Source of the DNA: Candidatus Thorarchaeota archaeon
Lineage (GTDB): Archaea; Asgardarchaeota; Thorarchaeia; Thorarchaeales; Thorarchaeaceae
Direction of reading: 5' to 3'
Assembly (NCBI GenBank): GCA_963726195.1
Contig: CAVSBO010000016.1
Location: forward strand, 32,001 to 96,000
DNA: 64,000 bases
The position numbers were made by a program, and so were the translations under genes. The first letter of the stretch is position 1; the number at the start of each line of letters is the position of its first letter. Positions 57,895 through 64,000 of this stretch are shown here, one piece after another. The notes under the pieces were generated by a model, which was not told the DNA's origin, searched no databases, and saw nothing but the letters and a program-made list of their open reading frames with translations.

Positions 57895-59087
57895 GCATTT
57901 GGTTCAGAGACATCAGACCTTTCTTCAGATCAACATCTCGAAGAGGCGAGTCAGATAGAGGTCTCGTTCCACTCGCCAGCAGCAAAAGTAGTGAGACCAA
58001 CCGGGGGACCAGTCTTGAGTACTGGAGAAGGAAATCATGGCTCCCGGCTGTGTCAATGATTAGTCCCTCAAGACGCCTTGTCAAAGAACTAATCCTTTCG
58101 CCCATTTCGTCAGAGAAGCGCAGACTCTTGAACAGCTTAGCAACTGCGTTCTCGTCTTGAAAGAGGGACGATTCTACACCTGCTTTTTGAAGCGTCTCGA
58201 TGGCCTTCATTATCATAGGCTCATAATCGCTTTCCTCAATACCGGGTGCGCCTTTCCCAGCAGCTGCAGACTGGGCAAAGAAATCGAAGCGAGTTAGTGA
58301 GCACAGCACGAGAGGCTCCCGAAGTCAAAGCTGCGACCTTTGCAAGGTTCTCTCCGTGCAATCTTTCAAGACGTGCTGCCACTGAAGAATCAAGTTTGCG
58401 CTCGAATCCTGGAGCCACTGTTATTCGTGCAATTCGTGGGAGCTTCGCGTTGGTCCCAGCCTTTCTGACTGCAGTCAGAGCCATGAAATCGTCAATCGGA
58501 ACATAGAACAAGAGAACCCGAACTGTATCATGTGCGGCCTCGAAGTCGCCTTCTGAAACAGCGCCCCGGCCTTGGCTCTTACAAACGAATCCGCTTAGCA
58601 GAGTCCAGATTGATTCGAAGCCTTCACAAAGTGCCTGTCGCGTTCGACCATCTGCAATTCCATGCTCAGACAGGAACTGTGACAGCTTCTCGGTCGAGCT
58701 AGTAATCCTGCCTGATGCGTCATTGCCAAGCTGAATATCGGCAATGGATTTCAAAAAATCGCGCGGGTCTCGCGATGGTGGCCTCGGAATAATGGCAGGT
58801 TCCTTTCTTGAGATTATCCACCATTTGGACGTGGACGTGAAATGATCGAGCAAGTCCACAGCCATCTCGAGATTGCTCACATTGGCAATAGTTCTTGAAC
58901 TCAAGAAAGCAGTAAGCCGGGAGAAGAACACAAGGAATCTTGTCAAGTGATCAGATATTCTTAGACCCGCAAATGAATCGTTTGAGAACCGACTAACAAG
59001 TGGAGAGATGTGCCCGGTGATTTCGTCAGCTAGGCGAACCTCAACTAGGCCTCGATATACCTCAATTGGTTGCCGGACCAAATCCAT
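57872..59087 (-). CDS. Hypothetical ~404-aa protein of four helical repeats (+1 frameshift near 58278)
   Basis: ORFs 58236-59087 and 57872-58309 join at NSLRFL/AQSAAAG; AGGAG before the ATG. Confidence 0.7.
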
Positions 59088-59239
59088 GCGTTCTCCTAGT
59101 CAGTCGCTCATAATCTGACGCTGCGAATGAGATATGTCAGATCCTGTTCAATCGTCTGTCGAAAGACCGGAGACATATAAAAGACTGTGTCACTGAAACA
59201 TCCTCAGATTGGGGCTAGGGTTCGCTCCACACTGATCTC

Positions 59240-60007
59240 TCACTTGCCGAATCGGCGCGATCGCGTCTCGTACGAACGGAGCGCTCGCCAGATGTCAATC
59301 CGCCTTATGGCAGGCCAGTATATTTGCACGAAATAGAGCTCAGAATAGGCTGATTGCCACAAGAGAAAGCCGGAAAGCCTCTCTTCGCCGGAAGTCCTGA
59401 TAATCAGGTCAGGGTCCGGTACGCCGTTAGTGTACAGATGGCTTTCGATAACATGCTCATCAATATCAGTTGGAGATGTCTTGCCTGATTTGATTTCTTC
59501 TCCAATCGCCCTGACTGCATCAACGAGCTCACTTCTTCCTGAGTAGCCTATCGCAACATTGAGGATATGGTCGCTGTAGCTCTCCGTGTCGGCCTCAGCC
59601 TTATGGATAGCATCACGTACATCAGGGGGAAGGAGATCCACACGGCCAATCGCCCTAATTCGGACTCTGTGCCGTTTAACATCTGGGTTCCCCACAACAT
59701 CAGCAAACTTCTGTCGTGCGATGGTCATGATCTCGCTGACTTCATCTCTGCTCCTTTGGAAGTTCTCTATCGAGAAGGCATAGATCGTGCATACCTTGAC
59801 ACCCGCCTCCCAAAGAATGCGAAGTACTTCCATGACCTTCTGGGCGCCTTTGCGATGCCCAATCCACGGCACATCGAATCCGTGTTCCTTCGCATATCGC
59901 CGATTACCGTCAAGGATTATGCCCACATGCCGAGGGGCCTTCTCCTTACTGAGTTGACGATAGAGCCAGTATTCATACAGCCTGTAGACTGGTCCGGCGA
60001 GATTCAA
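59240..60007 (-). CDS. uppS: cis-prenyltransferase (polyprenyl diphosphate synthase)
   Basis: HVGIILDGNRR, YAFSIENFQR, PDLIIRTSGEERLSGFLLWQ, RRFG. Confidence 0.95.
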   Translation of the reverse strand: MNLAGPVYRLYEYWLYRQLSKEKAPRHVGIILDGNRRYAKEHGFDVPWIGHRKGAQKVMEVLRILWEAGVKVCTIYAFSIENFQRSRDEVSEIMTIARQKFADVVGNPDVKRHRVRIRAIGRVDLLPPDVRDAIHKAEADTESYSDHILNVAIGYSGRSELVDAVRAIGEEIKSGKTSPTDIDEHVIESHLYTNGVPDPDLIIRTSGEERLSGFLLWQSAYSELYFVQIYWPAIRRIDIWRALRSYETRSRRFGK

Positions 60008-60079
60008 CCAAATGCACGACCTTGGACTGCTGACGGAAACAGCCGCTCATAGACTTAATGCTAGAACAAAAAGCTGAGA

Positions 60080-60460
60080 CTAGATGAGCTCTGCAATCTT
60101 CTCGGCTGCCCGCTTCATGTCTAGAAACACTAGACCGAGCTTTGCGTTGGCCGTGGTTGACACGGTAAGGCAAGCATTCATGCCTGCTTGGATCACTAGC
60201 ACCCAGCCGTTGGCGCCCTTGACGTTTACCTGTTCGAGATTGCCTTTTCCGAGTTCAACCGCTGCCTTCTCGCCCAGAGTCAGCATCGCAGCCGTAATTG
60301 CTGCAAGCTTGGCTTCATCGACATCGGTCGGCAGGGCTGAGACAATAGGGAGCCCTTCGACACTGACTATTGCACAAGCCTCGATTTCGGGAATGCTACC
60401 TTGTAGTTCGTTCAGGACTCCATCGAGTGTTTCGCCCCGCGACTCGCTCATCAGACTCAC
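60080..60460 (-). CDS. Roadblock/LC7 (MglB-like) protein
   Basis: AIVSVEGLPIVS, AA..AAML.LGE....ELG.G.LEQ, AKLGL. Confidence 0.92.
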   Translation of the reverse strand: MSLMSESRGETLDGVLNELQGSIPEIEACAIVSVEGLPIVSALPTDVDEAKLAAITAAMLTLGEKAAVELGKGNLEQVNVKGANGWVLVIQAGMNACLTVSTTANAKLGLVFLDMKRAAEKIAELI

Positions 60461-60470
60461 CTAAGTGCGA

Positions 60471-61064
60471 TTACTTGTACATTCTCTTAAGGATGACTTC
60501 TCTTGCTATGGCTTGGAAAGCTCTCTTGACACCTACACCTTGGACGGCGATAGTCTCATAGATTGGTACATTCCCGCCGAGCCCGAGAAGGTCGAGCATC
60601 TCATCGCGGGACATACGGTTGGGCAAATCACGCTTGTTCAGCATAATTACGATTGGCGTATCGCGGCCCAATGTATCCCCGAGAAACAGCTTCAGCTCCT
60701 CAAAGCTCTCTACATTCTCCTCTCTTTGATCAGGCGACGAGTCTGCAACAAAGAGAATTCCGTCAGCGCCCTGCAGCACGACCTTCCTTTGATGTCTGTG
60801 TCGTTTCTGGCCAGCAACTGTGAAAACATCGAAGAGAACACGGCCTCCCGCACTCATAGGTACGTAGTCAAAGAACAGAGTACGATTGGTCTCGTCTTCG
60901 ATGGCTGTGAACTCCCCCTTCTGAAGACCTTCGACTTTTCCATAGAGCCAGCGAAGTGCTGTTGTCTTGCCGCCTAGGCTCGGACCGTAGAACACAAGCT
61001 TCAGATGAATCCGGCCTTTGTCGTCCTTGCGCACTTTCACACCTCGCTGTTGGGTTATTGTCAT
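60471..61064 (-). CDS. MglA-family small GTPase (start may be GTG near 61034)
   Basis: KLVFYGPSLGGKTT, RTLFFD, TVAGQ, GADGILFVADS, NKRD, A..G.GV. Confidence 0.92.
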   Translation of the reverse strand: MTITQQRGVKVRKDDKGRIHLKLVFYGPSLGGKTTALRWLYGKVEGLQKGEFTAIEDETNRTLFFDYVPMSAGGRVLFDVFTVAGQKRHRHQRKVVLQGADGILFVADSSPDQREENVESFEELKLFLGDTLGRDTPIVIMLNKRDLPNRMSRDEMLDLLGLGGNVPIYETIAVQGVGVKRAFQAIAREVILKRMYK

Positions 61065-61734
61065 GAAATCCTGCGTTTCGGAGATGGCAGCAGGATTACT
61101 TGACCAATAGTATATTACTTGGCTGGTGGATACCGCTTGGGGTCCAAGAATCGAGCACCAAACCCCGAGCTTGATATCCCGTGTCGGGATGCGGGCTGAT
61201 TTTACATTCTACTCTCATAAAAGCCTTTGGCGTTCATTGTAAGTTGGACAGACTCGAACATTCCGCGTTTGTCCATGCAGGAACGACACCGGATACTTTA
61301 ACCTGAATGATGTTGCATGCAGCATTGATATCTACATGGATATGTGAGACTCAGTGCGTACAATAGAAACAGTCGATTTCTTTCTTTTCTGTTTCAGAAG
61401 CTGAAGCTCCTGCGTGAGTGTCGTTCCGCCTGTGGATGAGCCGATTTTGAAGTCAGGGATTTCAACCATGCAAAGGAGCTGATTTCCGGCATCATCCCCG
61501 AGAAGTTAGTGAGCAGAAGTGAACCAGAAGAGAGAATGAACCGGTTTCCGAAGACGCCCGAATCAGTGGAGAACAAAACCAAACGCGCAGAATCTATTTA
61601 TGGAACCGGACCTCTGCGATGGTGCTGACACTATTTGTTCTGGCTTTGGCAGATCGTGCTTGATTCAAACTCTGGATGGAAGGCATAAAAGCATAGATTC
61701 GGAACGAGGCAGTGCGCAAGAGGAAGCTTCCAGA

Positions 61735-62589
61735 ATGCGAACGGTAGCAATAGTGACGACCAAGAGCCTCTATCGCCCAGGTGATTCCGTCGAGGGTCAG
61801 CTCGTCGTCAACTCTGACAAGGAGTTGACGTTCAAAGAGGTATCTATGACCTTCACTGGGAAAGAACGTACAGAGATTGTTGTGCAGAGGGGAAAGATTA
61901 GAGAGAACTGCAAGTTTGAACATGTCTACTTCACTAACAAACAGTACATGGCGCTCAGAGGCATCATGCCTACGGGTGAGACCAAGTTTCCGTTCAGTTT
62001 CACCCTGCCGAATGATGTACCGAGCAGCTATTCGGGAAAATACGCATGGAATGAGTATGCGCTGAAGGGGATAGTGGAAATCTCGCGATGGTTCAACCCG
62101 AGTGACGATATAATGCTTCAGGTGAGGAGACGAATGCCAGAGCCTGGCCGCGAAGTCCGAAGCCAAGCAAGGACCGAGCAAGGTTCTACCATCTTTGAGG
62201 CCGAAATGGAAAGAAACTGTGTCTGCCTTGGCGATTCAATCAAGATAAGATACAGGGTTGCGCGTGACGTGAAGACACGCGGAGTCCGTGCAGAACTACT
62301 AGCAGAAGAGCAAGTTATTACTCTGGAAGCTAGAAGAGAAAATAAGAGAACTCTGGCAAATGAGTTCATAAAAGACCGTGAGATTCAGAAAGACCAGTGG
62401 ATGAACCTCGAATTCAAGACTGATGAATCTATGCCAGTTAGCTTTGAAGGACAGATATTCAGGAATAGGAACTCGGTCAAACTCACTCTCGACGTCCCCT
62501 GGGCACCCGACAAGTCGGTTCTTATGCCCGTTATGCTGGGGTATTGCACGCGCGATTCTGAAGGCGTCAGAACAGAACGATGTGCATGA
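61735..62589 (+). CDS. Arrestin-fold protein (alpha-arrestin/Vps26/SpoOM-like, N and C domains)
   Basis: YRPGDSVEGQLVV, FTGKE.T, GETKFPFSFTLP..VPSSY.G....EY, second domain GDSIKI...MPVSF...LDVPW...MPV.LG; GAGGA before the ATG at 61735. Confidence 0.85.
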   Translation: MRTVAIVTTKSLYRPGDSVEGQLVVNSDKELTFKEVSMTFTGKERTEIVVQRGKIRENCKFEHVYFTNKQYMALRGIMPTGETKFPFSFTLPNDVPSSYSGKYAWNEYALKGIVEISRWFNPSDDIMLQVRRRMPEPGREVRSQARTEQGSTIFEAEMERNCVCLGDSIKIRYRVARDVKTRGVRAELLAEEQVITLEARRENKRTLANEFIKDREIQKDQWMNLEFKTDESMPVSFEGQIFRNRNSVKLTLDVPWAPDKSVLMPVMLGYCTRDSEGVRTERCA

Positions 62590-62794
62590 CAACTGTTGAC
62601 AGTGCCCATTGATGGAGCGCTGTCAGGCAATCTGAAACTCCCGCCACTCATTGCGGCCTTTGCAGCCGCTCTCTTCATGCCTCACAAGTTCTGCTAAGGC
62701 CTACTGCACAACCAAGAACGGAACGGCAACGCGAGATACGTAAACGGCTACGTGTGTCCGACGCTGTTTGATTCTATGGCATCTCCCGCGTACC

Positions 62795-63262
62795 CTACAC
62801 TTTCTCGAGCTCTGCAAGAGCAGACTTCAGGTCCTCCTCGTCCAGCTCTTTGCTCTTTGTCGGTGCCATCGGTTCGACTGCCAGAAACTTGTCCAGCTCG
62901 TCTGAAAGCTGCACACCCTGTTTCTTCATAATCAGCCGGATGAGCCCGATATTAACCTCGGCTTCGGAAACAACACATAATACTCCTTTCCCACAGGCGG
63001 AAGCGAAGATTTTGCCTTCTGAAAACTCAGAAGTCACGATTTCAAGTTCTCCAATCTGCAGATTCTTGCCCTGCTCCTCGCTTGCACAGAACACCGCACT
63101 GGCAATGGCACCTATGCTGTCAGTATCGACTGGAAAGTAACTGAGCTTGCTCACGTTCGCTATGGTGAGCCCTGTCTTGTCCACAAGAATGACTTTCTTT
63201 ATCCCCTTGTCTTGGCGGATGATGTCTGTGAGGATCTTGTCGAACACTTTCGGATCGCTCAT
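62795..63262 (-). CDS. Roadblock/LC7 protein with C-terminal acidic amphipathic helix
   Basis: ILVDKTGLTIA, IGAIASAVF..SEEQG..L.IG.L, NIGLIR; tail ELDEEDLKSALAELEKV. Confidence 0.88.
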   Translation of the reverse strand: MSDPKVFDKILTDIIRQDKGIKKVILVDKTGLTIANVSKLSYFPVDTDSIGAIASAVFCASEEQGKNLQIGELEIVTSEFSEGKIFASACGKGVLCVVSEAEVNIGLIRLIMKKQGVQLSDELDKFLAVEPMAPTKSKELDEEDLKSALAELEKV

Positions 63263-63278
63263 GGCAATGTGTCTCCAT

Positions 63279-63603
63279 TCAGCTTTGTTTCTTGAGGACG
63301 ACTAGTATCAGCCCCTCTTTCACGTCGGGGGCTATGTTGATTTGACCTTTCGTTGTGTCCAAGGTCAGGAAGGACAGAGACCCCTCTCGTCAGCTCTCTA
63401 ACAGCGTCAAGTGCCTTGCCTACGAGAGAAGTTGTGATTGCAGCAATGGTTTCGGTGGTGTCAGGGTCGAGGTCGCTACTAAGTGGGAGGCCTTCCATGT
63501 TGGTAACTACCACGCCTCTCACTCCTGGCTGAGTCTTGAGCTTTGAAATAATTGACCGCAGCTTGTCCTGACTTACCAATTGCTCTATCCTCGTTGCTGT
63601 CAA
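63279..63603 (-). CDS. Roadblock/LC7 protein (+1 frameshift near 63390; start may be TTG at 63579)
   Basis: GVRGVVVTNMEGLPLSS, AAITTSL...A..EL then REGSLSFLTLDTTKGQINIAPD...LILVVLK. Confidence 0.85.
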
Positions 63604-63782
63604 TTGTGCATTTACCGTCTCCTACGCCACGCTTGGGTATTTGAGACTTGTGGCAACAAGGTCTTCATTTGCGCATTTGTCTTTCGTCGAATGACTTTCA
63701 ATTCCGGCAAAGGAAGCACGAAATAGGACTCTGACAGACCCCCAATGACAAGACCACGCTAGTGGTGCCGCATTTCAGGAGA

Positions 63783-64000
63783 CTACTTCTCCTCTTCTTC
63801 CTCACCAAACAACTCCTTCGATGCGCGCTTCATCTGCCTCAGGTTCTCAGTGAATGCCTGATCAGCAGCGGCTGAAGGTGCACCCACAGGAGCCTGTTTC
63901 ATTTCCGTCTCTTGGCGAGCTATTGTTGCCTCTTCGCCAGCGAGCGCCTTGTCAGCTTTCTTGAAAGCACCCTGTGCGGAAGCCGGAGCAGACTTTGCCT
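63783..64000 (-). CDS. C-terminal fragment of a hypothetical protein (Ala-rich, acidic tail)
   Basis: Open frame from the window edge: AKSAPASAQGAFKK...NLRQMKRASKELFGEEEEK*. Confidence 0.65.
   Translation of the reverse strand, partial: AKSAPASAQGAFKKADKALAGEEATIARQETEMKQAPVGAPSAAADQAFTENLRQMKRASKELFGEEEEEK

Noticed and set aside
61594-62181. 195-aa minus ORF and the arrestin start at 61600
   Set aside because: Antisense shadow; TATA-like and SD signals support the ATG at 61735
8450-63395. Programmed ribosomal frameshifting or true pseudogenes at the split genes
   Set aside because: No shared slippery site; essential genes are hit and both halves are otherwise intact, so consensus error is more parsimonious
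1-64000. CRISPR array, rRNA genes, prophage or integrase
   Set aside because: No regularly spaced direct repeats, rRNA-like tracts or phage/integrase ORFs were seen

Overview
Gene-dense archaeal chromosome segment, most likely Asgard (Thorarchaeia-like). This is inferred from the co-occurrence of a ribophorin-I-like protein, an arrestin-fold protein, three Roadblock/LC7 proteins with an MglA-type GTPase, eL33 and an RPA32-like protein. Most of the window is housekeeping: thiL, gcvPA/PB, top6A/B, the aIF1A-RIO1-Dim2 and NMD3/aIF2b cluster, FEN1, aEF1b, Cdc48, Hef, A/V-ATPase F/A/B, pyrI, SRP54, uL16, DHS, LipS1, ADP-forming acyl-CoA ligase and UppS. There are three tRNAs: Thr(CGU) and Gln(UUG) with 37/38 introns, and Leu(GAG). 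One non-autonomous IS200/IS605 element carries tnpB, a tnpA remnant and both end hairpins. No CRISPR array or rRNA was seen. Nine genes, including the essential atpB and srp54, carry single +1 insertions, so the consensus is probably error-prone and single-base claims need read-level checks. The most interesting candidates are: (1) a ribophorin-I-like protein with an FKBP domain nested inside a DOMON domain, divergently paired with the ALG7/AglH-type GlcNAc-1-P transferase; (2) a Roadblock x3 / MglA / arrestin locus; (3) a protein made of four tandem AAA+-lid/histone-like repeats; (4) a tandem VirB2-pilin-like protein inside a broken ATPase cluster; (5) intron-containing tRNAs whose mismatches would all be repaired by C-to-U changes; (6) a structured cdc48 leader with a palindrome over its TATA box. 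All family assignments come from motif recognition by eye; no searches were run.
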